64,000 bases of DNA from an uncultured Gammaproteobacteria bacterium (GTDB lineage: Bacteria > Patescibacteriota > Microgenomatia > Levybacterales > GWA1-39-11): contig CAYPEN010000002.1 in assembly GCA_964409875.1 (NCBI GenBank), positions 338,630 to 402,629 of the forward strand. Direction: 5' to 3'. This document shows positions 47,943 to 57,707 of the stretch, piece by piece (the stretch's first letter is position 1; each line of letters opens with the position of its first letter). The notes under the pieces are model-generated. The model did not search any database. It saw only the letters and a list, made by a program, of their open reading frames with translations, and was not told the origin of the DNA. A program made the position numbers and the translations under genes.

Positions 47943-49154
47943 CTACTCATACCGGAGCGCATCGATAGGAGATAATTTTGCTGCGCGTCTTGCAGGATAA
48001 AGACCGAAGGCTAGTCCCACGACGGTAGACACTCCTACGGCTATTAACACTGCGGGGATACTTATAACAAATGGAATGTGGGCCACTAAAGATGCAACAA
48101 ATGCACCTCCGATACCAAGCAATATTCCTACGATACCACCGATAAGAGTCATAACAACAGATTCCATGAGAAATTGTGTCATTATATCTTTCTGTTTTGC
48201 ACCGATTGCTTTCAAGAGTCCGATTTCTTTTGTTCGTTCCGTGACGGATACAAGCATTATATTCATGACTCCGACACCTCCGACGATAAGTGAAATTCCC
48301 GATATAGCAGCAATCATGGTGGTAAGAAGACTGGTAATTGTGTTTACGGTTGATAATATATCTTGAGCGCTGGATATCCTGAAATCATTTTCATCCCCTT
48401 CTTTTAGATTATGCTTATCTCTCAAAAGGTTTTCGATATCGTCGATAGTTTGGTTTATTGAATTTTGGTCGTGAACACTTACGTCAATTTCCTGCAATTT
48501 TTCCTCTCCAACAATATCATTTGCGACAACATTGATGGGGATAAAAAGTGTGTTATTGATAAACCCTCCGGCTAATGCACTCGAAGACGATAGAATTCCT
48601 GTAACCCGGAACGTTTTGTTATTTATTTTGATTGTTTCACCGACCGCGCTTGAGTCTTTACCGAAAAATGTCTCTGCTGCGTCTTTCCCGAGGACTGCTA
48701 CTTTTTCAGAAGTTTGTTCCTGTTCTTCAGTCAGGAATTCGCCATCGGTAATATTAGGTCTTAAGATATCCAGTGTTTCATGAGTTGTTCCATAAATCAG
48801 AAGATCTTTTTCGACTCCATTTGCAGAAACTTTCACTGAGGTCATTTCAAATGGTGCAACACTCTTAACATTGGTTAATGATGCGTCATTTCTGATTGCT
48901 TCAAGATCATCAAATGTAAGGGCTTTCGAGCCTGCAAATGTACTGATTTGGCTCGTCCCCGGATTTATTTGAAAATAATCTGTACCAAATGATGCCAATT
49001 CATTCGTAACAAATGCGACAGCACCTTGGCCGATAGAGTAGATAAGGATAACAGCCGTTATCCCGATGATTATTCCAAGCATCGTTAAGGATGTTCTTAA
49101 TTTATTATTGCGCAGAGCCTGGATTGCATTTTTTGCTATTTCTTTGTATTCCAT
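47943..49154 (-). CDS. MacB-family ABC transporter permease
   Basis: RTSLTMLGIIIG, GGVGVMNIMLVSVTERTKEIG, PARRAAKLSPIDALRYE. Confidence 0.95.
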   Translation of the reverse strand: MEYKEIAKNAIQALRNNKLRTSLTMLGIIIGITAVILIYSIGQGAVAFVTNELASFGTDYFQINPGTSQISTFAGSKALTFDDLEAIRNDASLTNVKSVAPFEMTSVKVSANGVEKDLLIYGTTHETLDILRPNITDGEFLTEEQEQTSEKVAVLGKDAAETFFGKDSSAVGETIKINNKTFRVTGILSSSSALAGGFINNTLFIPINVVANDIVGEEKLQEIDVSVHDQNSINQTIDDIENLLRDKHNLKEGDENDFRISSAQDILSTVNTITSLLTTMIAAISGISLIVGGVGVMNIMLVSVTERTKEIGLLKAIGAKQKDIMTQFLMESVVMTLIGGIVGILLGIGGAFVASLVAHIPFVISIPAVLIAVGVSTVVGLAFGLYPARRAAKLSPIDALRYE

Positions 49155-49155
49155 A

Positions 49156-49851
49156 CTATGTTTTTGTGTCAGAAAGAATCATACCGTCTTTAATTCTTAC
49201 TATCCTTTTTGCATGGTCAGCGATATCCTGGTCGTGGGTAATCATAACAATTGTCCTTCCGCTTTCATTTAGCTGCTGTATAAAATTTATTATTTCATGG
49301 GAAGTTTTACTATCCAAATTTCCGGTGGGTTCGTCAGCAAGAATGATGGCTGGGTTCATAACGAGAGCTCTTGCAATTGCAACGCGCTGTATTTGTCCTC
49401 CCGAAATTTGGTTTGAGAGATTGTTGGCTTTTTCAGAAATTCCTACAAGTTGAAGAGATTCCATTGCCCTTTTTTCACGTTCCTTCTGGGGTACACCTCC
49501 ATACATCATTGGCCTTTCGACATTATTAAGAACACTGGTTCTTGGAAGAAGGTTAAAACTTTGGAAAACAAACCCAATTTGCTTATTGCGGATTTCTGCG
49601 AGTTGGTCTTCCGTATAACTTGAAATATCTTTTCCCTGAAATAAATATTTTCCGGATGTAGGGTTATCAAGGGCTCCCATTATATGCATCAGCGTAGATT
49701 TCCCACTTCCGGATGGTCCCATTATCGCCACAAATTCTCCTTTAACAACCGTAAGTGTTATCCCTCTAAGGGCATGGTATTCTTCTCCTGATCCGAGCGG
49801 GTAATTTTTTGTGACGTTTCTAAATTCAATAATTGGTACATGTGCTGACAT
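49156..49851 (-). CDS. MacB/LolD-family ABC ATP-binding protein
   Basis: GPSGSGKST, ISGGQIQRVAIARAL, ADEPTGNLD. Confidence 0.95.
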   Translation of the reverse strand: MSAHVPIIEFRNVTKNYPLGSGEEYHALRGITLTVVKGEFVAIMGPSGSGKSTLMHIMGALDNPTSGKYLFQGKDISSYTEDQLAEIRNKQIGFVFQSFNLLPRTSVLNNVERPMMYGGVPQKEREKRAMESLQLVGISEKANNLSNQISGGQIQRVAIARALVMNPAIILADEPTGNLDSKTSHEIINFIQQLNESGRTIVMITHDQDIADHAKRIVRIKDGMILSDTKT

Positions 49852-49853
49852 TA

Positions 49854-51113
49854 TTAGTTTCCAAACAGGCCGGGCCTTTTTATTTGCTCATTAGAGAGAG
49901 TAGTTATTACAACTTGGCCTTCGGATAAGCCATTGAGAATTTGTGTGCGATTTTTGCTTCGTACACCGACTTCTACCGGTACATAGATAACCTCACCTTT
50001 TTTCTTCCCCGGAACCCTAACCGCTCTACCTCCTTGATAGGGTTTGACTGAGGAATTAGGAACACTGAGCGCATTTTTCAATTCTTTGGTAGTAATCTCT
50101 GCATCCATGCTCATCCCCTGACGGATATTTTCATCTGCATCAAGCAGTTTTAAGTATACGTTGTAAGTGACTATTCCCTGACTCCTAGTTCCGATAGCAT
50201 CTGTCCTTTCAACTACACCTTTGTACGACTTGTTATTCACCGCATCAATATTAATTTTGGCTTTTTGTCCAGGACGAACTTTTGCGATATCCGTTTCGCT
50301 CAGTGGAATTACCGCCTCATACGTTAGCTCTTTTGTAATGGCAAGAACCGGGGTTTGTGGCGTAATAGCAGTATTAATAGACACCGGACTGCCTTCTGTT
50401 ACTGATAAATTTGATACTGTTCCTGGGATAGGCGCTTTTACCGTTGAGTTTTGGGTTGCTTGATAGAGAAGCCATGTAGAGTTCGCTGCAGCTTGTGCCT
50501 GGGCAATAGCGGTATCTTGGTCTTTATATTTTTTCTCAGCTGCATGCCAAGTGTCTTCGGCGACATGAAATTCAGCGGATGTTCTATTGGCTGTGTTAGG
50601 TGTATCATCACCGTTTTCATAAGTTGAATTGGTAGCTAAGTCTAGGTAGCTCTTCCATTTTGCAAACATATCCGCTCGAAGTGAATCTTGCATCGAAAGG
50701 GCTACATCAAGCGATGACTTGGCTGCAAGGTAATTTGCATAAGCACTTTGCGCCTCTTGTTGAGTAGCGCTACTTTCGACCGAAAAGAGTTCTTGGCCTT
50801 TGTTAACAGTAGTCCCATTCGAAACAAATACTTCTGTTATTACTCCATTTGTTGGTGAATACACATTAGCATTTCCTCCAGAGATAATGTTTCCTGTTTC
50901 ACTTACCGTTTCTACGATGTCTGCCTTCTGTACTTTCTGGGTCGTATAAGGAGGAGGTTGATTGAGTTGACTGATTTTTGTAAGCGCAATTATAAGGATA
51001 ACTGCTGCAATGCCTACAAAAAATATTTTTTTCTTAAGTGACAAATTTTTGAACCACGAAATAAAATTGGTAAACGTATGAGATATTCCTTTTATCGATA
51101 GTGTCATAGTCAT
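49854..51113 (-). CDS. MacA-like efflux adaptor
   Basis: TM, APIPGTV, ETDIAKVRPGQ, GLSEGQVVI. Confidence 0.9.
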   Translation of the reverse strand: MTMTLSIKGISHTFTNFISWFKNLSLKKKIFFVGIAAVILIIALTKISQLNQPPPYTTQKVQKADIVETVSETGNIISGGNANVYSPTNGVITEVFVSNGTTVNKGQELFSVESSATQQEAQSAYANYLAAKSSLDVALSMQDSLRADMFAKWKSYLDLATNSTYENGDDTPNTANRTSAEFHVAEDTWHAAEKKYKDQDTAIAQAQAAANSTWLLYQATQNSTVKAPIPGTVSNLSVTEGSPVSINTAITPQTPVLAITKELTYEAVIPLSETDIAKVRPGQKAKINIDAVNNKSYKGVVERTDAIGTRSQGIVTYNVYLKLLDADENIRQGMSMDAEITTKELKNALSVPNSSVKPYQGGRAVRVPGKKKGEVIYVPVEVGVRSKNRTQILNGLSEGQVVITTLSNEQIKRPGLFGN

Positions 51114-51295
51114 ATTATCCGTCTTTTCTTATCAAAAAGTAATTGATATGAAGCACATTTATATCTTTTGTTCATTATAGCGTGATATTCTTTGAAATTG
51201 GAACTGTCGCTTTTACACAATTATTACAATAGATTCAGAAGAGCCTTGCAAATTATCCGTAAACTGTTTTTATGCAATTATTATCAAAAAGCCAC

Positions 51296-51364
51296 TTGAC
51301 ACAGTTTGTACCATTTGCTAATATCCCTGAATATAACTGCCCCGTACATCGGGGTATTTTTTTT
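51296..51364 (+). promoter_or_regulatory. Promoter followed by a leader terminator-like hairpin
   Basis: TTGACA 51296-51301, 17 bp, TAATAT 51319-51324 with upstream TG; TGCCCCG/CGGGGTA stem 51338-51356 plus T8. Confidence 0.55.
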
Positions 51365-51371
51365 ACAAAAA

Positions 51372-52166
51372 ATGGCAGTACATTCATCATCTATTGCAAA
51401 TTCAAAAAAATTAGAGCTTACCATAACTCTTCCGAGCTTTAATCTTTCTGAAGCAATTAAAAGATTAAAATCTTCGGCAACGGTTTTATTTTCAAACATA
51501 TACAATCCTATAAATAAAGGGGTAGCAAATGCTAGTGAACTTGCCTCCTCAAGGGCCGAAAGAATGAATTTCAAAAAAATGAGAAACGTTAAATTTGATA
51601 AAAAATATCTAAAAATTATCGTACCGGTAATAGTTGGAGTAGTTGTTTTAGGAATATTAGTAAGTCTTATCCGTTCCCTTCCTGATGCAAAGAGTCAGCC
51701 CGCAACTGCTACCAATAATGTTGCCGCTCCTGACGCACTTGCAACTATCAATTTGGATAAGAAATTCTCTTTTCCATTAAAAGACGATAAAGGAACTGTA
51801 GTTGGTAACTTTGATTACGTTATCCAATCAGCAGCGCTTCAGAAGCAAATAATTGTCCAGGGACAAAGGGCAACGGCTGTTAACGGGAGGGTGTTTCTTA
51901 TCCTTAACCTTAAAATTACTAACAATTTGAAGAAGACCATTCAATTGAATACACGTGACTACATAAGACTTATTACAGCAAGCGATGCGAATGAACAATT
52001 GGCACCTGACATCCACAACGATCCAGTTGAAGTTCAGGCAATATCAACAAAATTCACCAGAGTTGGAGTGGCAATTGATGAGAAGGACGCAAGAAAGACG
52101 GTGAAACTTAAGGTTGGAGAAATTGACGGGACAAAGCAAAACATTGACCTTAACTTTAAGTACTAA
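51372..52166 (+). CDS. Single-pass membrane protein with extracellular beta-sandwich (DUF4352-like) domain
   Basis: TM IIVPVIVGVVVLGILV; GRVFLILNLKITN...DYIRL beta-rich domain. Confidence 0.65.
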   Translation: MAVHSSSIANSKKLELTITLPSFNLSEAIKRLKSSATVLFSNIYNPINKGVANASELASSRAERMNFKKMRNVKFDKKYLKIIVPVIVGVVVLGILVSLIRSLPDAKSQPATATNNVAAPDALATINLDKKFSFPLKDDKGTVVGNFDYVIQSAALQKQIIVQGQRATAVNGRVFLILNLKITNNLKKTIQLNTRDYIRLITASDANEQLAPDIHNDPVEVQAISTKFTRVGVAIDEKDARKTVKLKVGEIDGTKQNIDLNFKY

Positions 52167-52221
52167 TTTAAGAAAATCTCAACCTATTATTTATATAGGT
52201 ATATAGGAAGCCCTACGGATT

Positions 52222-52479
52222 ATGGCAAAGACGAATCAAATTCCGAATCATCTACTTTCAGAAATTACAGCAGCCTTGGAGAGCGTCAAATACGGAAGCA
52301 TAGAAATATTTATCCAGAACAAAGTCATCACCCAAATAACCGTTAGAAATATCCACAAAACGAGTGTTGAGATAGAAAAGGAAGAGGGAAGTGTGTCAAC
52401 GCACGTGCAAAGCATAAGTCACTCTCATAGTTCGCAAACACAAACAACGATACAGAGAAATTCTGTTAAGATCCGGTAA
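52222..52479 (+). CDS. DUF2292/YezD-family small protein
   Basis: EITAALESVKYGSIEIFIQNKVITQI matches the YezD core (L..L..GS.EI.VQ...V.QI). Confidence 0.75.
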   Translation: MAKTNQIPNHLLSEITAALESVKYGSIEIFIQNKVITQITVRNIHKTSVEIEKEEGSVSTHVQSISHSHSSQTQTTIQRNSVKIR

Positions 52480-52534
52480 TTTTAGAGTTTGGTAGGAGTT
52501 GTGAAATAAACGGCTATATCAAGCAATTTAGGTC

Positions 52535-52790
52535 TTGACAGCAATATTTCTTTAGTATATAAGTTAGTTACTTTGTAAGAGTCCGTTTCATAGAAGACGG
52601 ACAAAGCTGACCGCAAACGGAGGCTTCTTCACACAAGACATAATTGTGTGCGGAAGTCTCCGTTTTTTTTGTTTCTTGGGGCTACCGGAAATAAAACTAG
52701 GCGGGACCAGCCTCGACTTTCGAGTCTAGGCGGGGAAACGAAGTGTTCTCTTAATAGAGAAATCTTTCTAACGAAGGAGGTGAAATAAAT
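52535..52790 (+). promoter_or_regulatory. Promoter and about 225-nt structured leader with intrinsic terminator and alternative pairings
   Basis: TTGACA 52535-52540; hairpin 52581-52602; AAACGGAGGCTTC (52615-52627) pairs with GAAGTCTCCGTTT (52653-52665) plus T-run; SD AGGAGGTG before ATG 52791. Confidence 0.75.
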
Positions 52791-54074
52791 ATGACAAATT
52801 TCAAAAAGCAAATTTTCTCAGTTCTCGCAGCAGGAAGTCTACTCGTAAGCGTAGCAACTCCAGCACTCGCGGAAACTACAATCACAATCTCTGGAAACGG
52901 CGCTGGATCTAATAATGCAGCTACTGTTACTCAAACTAACACAACAACCGTTTCTCAGAACAATACAGCAAACGTCACTAACAACGTTACCTCAAACGCA
53001 AGCACAGGTGGTAATGATGCTAACTTCAACACTGGAGGGAATGTAACAGTTCAAACCGGTGCTGCTACATCAAATACAACTGTAGCCAACAACCTTAACA
53101 GCAATGCTGCACAGGTTAGCGGATGCAATTGTGGTTCTGACACAAACGTTAAAATCGATGGAAACGGAGCTTTGAGCCTCAATCAAGTTAAATTAACTGA
53201 TGTTAATGCAACGACTTTGGGACAAAACAACGTTGCCAACGTTACAAATAACGTTACTTCAGATGCTAAAACCGGCGGAAATGATGCTAACCTCAACACC
53301 GGAGGGACAACAACTGTTGTTACCGGAGCGGCTAGCTCAACCTCAAATGTTAAGACTACAGCAAATGCAAATGTTGCAAATGTTGGAGGATCAGCACTTG
53401 CAGGAGCAACCGGACATTCTGCATCTTTCGTAATTGAAGGAAATGGCGCAGGCAGCAATAATTGGATTACTGCAGGCCTCACCAATTCTAACTACGTCTC
53501 TCAAGGCAACACAGCTAACATTACAAATAATGTTGACTCCGATGCTAAGACCGGCGGAAACGATGCAAAATTCAATACCGGAGGCGATGTTGTAATCGCA
53601 ACCGGAATGGCTACGGCTAAAGCAATGGTAGATAACATGGTTAACTTTAATTCAGCTAACCTCGACTGCGGTTGCGTTACCGATGTCACCGCAAAGATCG
53701 TTGGAAACGGTGCAAATCCTCTCCTCGGTGGAGAGCATGTGTATCCAGGGTTCATCGATCCTAACGGAATCGTTTTGACACTTGCTAATGCTAACACTTT
53801 GGGTCAGGGTAACGTTTCCAATCTTGGAAACAATGTTGATGCTGACGCATTTACCGGATGGAACGATGCAAATCTTAACACCGGATCTGTAACTATGGCG
53901 AATGATCCAGCTATTGTAACTGGACCTGCAACCAACGTTACTGGTGTAAGCAATTCTGGCAACGTCAACGTTGCTGGAAGCACTCCAGTTGTACTTCCCC
54001 TTCCAGGTGGAAATACACTCGGATTCTCTTTCAGCATTCAAGCTTTGATGGCATACTTCGGTTTGTCAATGTAA
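52791..54074 (+). CDS. Secreted Asn/Thr/Gly repeat protein (4 repeat units), putative major fibre subunit
   Basis: Signal peptide (TPALA|E); repeats I.GNG..S.N...Q.N.A.V.N.V...A.TGGN.A..NTG; CNC and CGC linkers. Confidence 0.8.
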   Translation: MTNFKKQIFSVLAAGSLLVSVATPALAETTITISGNGAGSNNAATVTQTNTTTVSQNNTANVTNNVTSNASTGGNDANFNTGGNVTVQTGAATSNTTVANNLNSNAAQVSGCNCGSDTNVKIDGNGALSLNQVKLTDVNATTLGQNNVANVTNNVTSDAKTGGNDANLNTGGTTTVVTGAASSTSNVKTTANANVANVGGSALAGATGHSASFVIEGNGAGSNNWITAGLTNSNYVSQGNTANITNNVDSDAKTGGNDAKFNTGGDVVIATGMATAKAMVDNMVNFNSANLDCGCVTDVTAKIVGNGANPLLGGEHVYPGFIDPNGIVLTLANANTLGQGNVSNLGNNVDADAFTGWNDANLNTGSVTMANDPAIVTGPATNVTGVSNSGNVNVAGSTPVVLPLPGGNTLGFSFSIQALMAYFGLSM

Positions 54075-54084
54075 GTTTGATATA

Positions 54085-54138
54085 GGAACGCGTAGGGTGC
54101 TTTTGTTAGCACTTCGACAGAAACACCCTACAAGTTCC
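54085..54138 (+). other. Intergenic stem-loop without U-tract
   Basis: GGAAC/GTTCC and GTAGGGTG/CACCCTAC arms. Confidence 0.6.
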
Positions 54139-54182
54139 AACAAAAATTAACAAATAGATTTAAGAGGTAAGAATTAAGATTT

Positions 54183-56453
54183 ATGAATATAAGAAAAATT
54201 AAACAATTACTGTCCCTATCACTCATACTTGTTATATTTGTCGGAAAATTAGCAGTTCCTGCAGCAGTCCTTGCAGAGGACGCGCCAACACCTCCTGTTC
54301 CTCCAGAAGCTCCAACTGCTCCAACTGCACCCGCAGCTCCAACTGCACCTGAAGCTCCAACGCCTCCAAGTCAACCTACGCCACCAAGCCAACCGACTCC
54401 TCCCAGTCAGCCAACACCGCCTACTGCTCCAACTGCGCCCTCAGCACCAACACCGCCAACGGCTCCAACTGCACCAACAGCCCCCACGGGCCCAAACGCG
54501 TCATCGCCTACAGCCACCAACAACTCACAGCAGGGTACGAGCTCAGTTGGAAATGTTGGGGATACTGCTATTAATACCGGAAGCGCAACCAACGATTCAA
54601 CGCTTGTCACAACCGGCAACACTAATGCTTCAACTTCCGGGTGTAACACATGTAGCGGTGGAAGCGCAACGGTTGGAAATTCTTCTAACGGCGCAGGCTC
54701 TAATAACAGCGCAACGGCAAATAACACTAACTCGGCAACCACATCCCAGGCAAACAGCGCAAATGTTGGCAACAATCTAACCCAAGGGTCAAATACGGGA
54801 CACAATAACGCTTCATTAAATGTGGGAGACTCATCAATCACAACGGGAGATTCCAACGTCTCCGGAACGGTTATAACGGCCGTTAACACCAATGTTGACG
54901 GTGTAGCGGTTGCGACATTTAATGTAGCGGATAACCACACAGGAGATATCGTTCTTTCTCCCGGGAACGCATCAAGTACATGCACCAATGGATGTGGTGC
55001 GACCAATCAAACGGCAAATTCGAATAATGGAGCAAATTCTACTAATACAGCCAACAATAATACCACTAACACTTCAACAACCGGTCAGACAAATGACGCA
55101 GTCATTGGAAGCACTCTTAATCTGAACGCAAATTCAGGTGATAATGCGACAAGTTTTAATACCGGTGGAGACTCTTCGGTCACGACTGGGAATGCAAATG
55201 TTTCGGCAAACGTACTAACCATGGCTAACAACAATGTAGCCGGTAATGTCCTCTATAATGTCGTTAATGTATATGGAAATTTGGTAGGAGATATCATCCT
55301 TCCGCAATCAACCATCGATGCGCTTTTGTGCAATAGCTGCAACGGCTCGCAATCGACTGCAAATACCGGGAATGGAGACGGTTCAAAGAACACCGCAAAT
55401 GGCAACACGACAAACACTAATACAACAACGCAAGCAAACACTGCGCAAATTGATAACAACCTCAACATAAGTGGAACGACCGGTGACAATAGTTCAAGTT
55501 ACAATACGGACGGCAATTCGGGTGTCACCACAGGTTCCTCAAATGTTGTTGCAAATGTCCTCAATGTTGCCAATACAAATATCAATGGCGGGACATGGTG
55601 GTTGGTTATCGTCAACCAAGCAGGAAAATGGATCGGTAAAATCGTCGGCTCACCTGACGGTGCAACCATGGCAGGAAGTGCCGGCACAGAATTTGAAGTA
55701 GATCCTAATACGGGAGAAGTAACAGCAGTTAGCAACTCAGGTAATGGAACAGGGTCGACAAATACAGCAAATTCCAACACGACTAACACAAATACTTTGA
55801 CTCAAACCAACAATGCCAAGATTGAGAACAATGTCAATCTTTCAGCCAACACTGGTGGGAATAAAGCAAGTTATAACACGGGCGGAAATTCAAATATTAA
55901 GACCGGTGACGCTCAGGTTATTGCCAACATCGTTAATTTTGTCAACAACAATATCTCAGGCGGCGGCAAGCTAGTTGTAACGGTTGTCAATGTCTTCGGA
56001 AGTTGGCTTGGGGACTTTGTTGCCCCCGGACAACAAAAACAGAATCACAACACCGCACAAAACAACAATAATAATAATGGAGGCAATAACAACCAAAACA
56101 ATGCAAATAACACCAATAACAATAACGGTTCATCTCTTGTGTCTGGCGCTACTGGCAATAACACGAAGACAAATGCTGCTTCTACAACCACCGTCACCAA
56201 CTCCGGCAACAACAATTTCTTCGGAACCGGCAGTGTAAAGGGTACATCGACCGGCGGCGGAACCAACTCTGATGCTACTGTTGCAAAAAGCGTAGGGCAA
56301 GACGGTTCAGCAGCAGTAGCACATAAGACAATCAACATTAATCTCGCATGGATATTGCTCATGCTCCCAATGGCAGTTATGGGTATGCTTATTAAGAAGT
56401 CATTCGTGCCGGTAAAGACATTGGCATTGAGAGGAATTCACTTGTTCTTATAA
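54183..56453 (+). CDS. Secreted Asn/Thr/Gly repeat protein with Pro-rich N-terminal stalk and C-terminal TM
   Basis: Signal peptide, (PTA/PSQ)n, several GNG..S.N/TGGN repeats, CxxC and CxxxC linkers, NLAWILLMLPMAVMGMLIKK. Confidence 0.8.
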   Translation: MNIRKIKQLLSLSLILVIFVGKLAVPAAVLAEDAPTPPVPPEAPTAPTAPAAPTAPEAPTPPSQPTPPSQPTPPSQPTPPTAPTAPSAPTPPTAPTAPTAPTGPNASSPTATNNSQQGTSSVGNVGDTAINTGSATNDSTLVTTGNTNASTSGCNTCSGGSATVGNSSNGAGSNNSATANNTNSATTSQANSANVGNNLTQGSNTGHNNASLNVGDSSITTGDSNVSGTVITAVNTNVDGVAVATFNVADNHTGDIVLSPGNASSTCTNGCGATNQTANSNNGANSTNTANNNTTNTSTTGQTNDAVIGSTLNLNANSGDNATSFNTGGDSSVTTGNANVSANVLTMANNNVAGNVLYNVVNVYGNLVGDIILPQSTIDALLCNSCNGSQSTANTGNGDGSKNTANGNTTNTNTTTQANTAQIDNNLNISGTTGDNSSSYNTDGNSGVTTGSSNVVANVLNVANTNINGGTWWLVIVNQAGKWIGKIVGSPDGATMAGSAGTEFEVDPNTGEVTAVSNSGNGTGSTNTANSNTTNTNTLTQTNNAKIENNVNLSANTGGNKASYNTGGNSNIKTGDAQVIANIVNFVNNNISGGGKLVVTVVNVFGSWLGDFVAPGQQKQNHNTAQNNNNNNGGNNNQNNANNTNNNNGSSLVSGATGNNTKTNAASTTTVTNSGNNNFFGTGSVKGTSTGGGTNSDATVAKSVGQDGSAAVAHKTININLAWILLMLPMAVMGMLIKKSFVPVKTLALRGIHLFL
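54283..54492 (+). repeat. 9/18-bp coding tandem repeats (PTA, PTPPSQ)
   Basis: Repeated CCAACTGCT/CCAACTGCA and CCAAGTCAA-type units. Confidence 0.7.
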
Positions 56454-56516
56454 TTCTATGTCAGTAGTAACACACAATATTGAAATTAAAAAGCGAATAT
56501 TAACTGTTAGCTTATT

Positions 56517-57638
56517 ATGATCAAAAAGGCGATTATTTTTATAATCTGCCTACTTTTAAATTTCGGAATAACTTCAAAAGTTAAGGCAGAAGAGATTGTA
56601 ATTTCCGGTAACGGAAGTGATTCTTCAAATCAAGTTCAAGTACAGAGCTCAAATACAACCACGGTTTCTCAAAACAATACTGCAAACGTTGACAACAACG
56701 TGAATTCAACGGCTAATTCAGGTAATAATTCAACAACAAGCAACAATGGAGATTCTACAATAAAGACAGGAGACACTTCCTCAACAACAACTGTCGCCAA
56801 CCAGAATATCAATACGAATTCGGCTAACCTCTCTTCATGTGGCTGTGATACATCATCAACTACAAAGATTTCCGGTAACGGGGCAGGTTCAACAAATACC
56901 ATTACATCAACCGACACAACTACTACATTTATATCTCAGAACAATACCGCAATAATTTCCAATAATATACACGTTAACGGAAATACTGGGAATAACACTG
57001 CTTCATACAATAATGGTTCCTCGACTATCATGACCGGTAGCATTTATGCATCAACGGATGTAAATAACAAAAATATTAACAATAGTCAGTACAAAGGAAC
57101 GGTATCCACCAACAACGATAATTCAATCATTATTGCAGGAAATGGAGAAGGCTCTTTCAATAACGCAATAGTTGCAGACAATACAAGCGTTATTATCACT
57201 AACAATAACACCGCTGACATAACAAATAACGTAGAGCACGACCTAAATACTGGTGGTAACAAAACATTGGGAAATGTGGGGGATTCGGTTATTATCACTG
57301 GCGGAATAGTAAGTAAGGTAAAAATTAATAACGAGAATATCAACAGTAATTTGACCGAGGTATCATGCAACTGCCCCAGCAACAATCCGGGAGGAGGAGA
57401 GAATAACGGGGGAGGAAACCCACCGTCGACAAATCCCGGAAGTTCAACTGTTCAGGGTGCAAGTGGAAGTTCCTCAGGCTCAAGTAATGGTTCATCAGGG
57501 CCTGCAGCCGGAAATACGCTCCCTGCAACCGGTGTAACCATCCCATACATGCTTATTGCAACGCTTATTCTCTTCTTCATGTTCCTTTCAGGGCTGTACT
57601 TGCGTTTCAATGCTGCCAACGCACCACCTACCGTCTAA
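56517..57638 (+). CDS. Secreted Asn/Thr/Gly repeat protein (3 units) with LPxTG sortase signal
   Basis: Signal peptide, ISGNG repeats, CGC/CNC, LPATG followed by hydrophobic helix. Confidence 0.82.
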   Translation: MIKKAIIFIICLLLNFGITSKVKAEEIVISGNGSDSSNQVQVQSSNTTTVSQNNTANVDNNVNSTANSGNNSTTSNNGDSTIKTGDTSSTTTVANQNINTNSANLSSCGCDTSSTTKISGNGAGSTNTITSTDTTTTFISQNNTAIISNNIHVNGNTGNNTASYNNGSSTIMTGSIYASTDVNNKNINNSQYKGTVSTNNDNSIIIAGNGEGSFNNAIVADNTSVIITNNNTADITNNVEHDLNTGGNKTLGNVGDSVIITGGIVSKVKINNENINSNLTEVSCNCPSNNPGGGENNGGGNPPSTNPGSSTVQGASGSSSGSSNGSSGPAAGNTLPATGVTIPYMLIATLILFFMFLSGLYLRFNAANAPPTV

Positions 57639-57652
57639 CCGGTAGCTCTTTT

Positions 57653-57686
57653 AACCATTAACCCCGAAAGGGGTTTTTTGATGGTT
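57653..57686 (+). terminator. Intrinsic terminator
   Basis: AACCCC-GAAA-GGGGTT plus T-run. Confidence 0.8.
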
Positions 57687-57707
57687 TGAAGGTGGTAGAA
57701 TACGGGT

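Noticed and set aside
52575-52790. Known riboswitch (c-di-GMP, c-di-AMP, SAM, T-box) in the fibre leader
   Set aside because: I could not find their consensus motifs by eye, so it is reported as an unassigned attenuator
54283-54492. Regular short repeats as a possible CRISPR array
   Set aside because: They are in-frame 9/18-bp Pro-rich coding repeats with no unique spacers, and no cas genes are present
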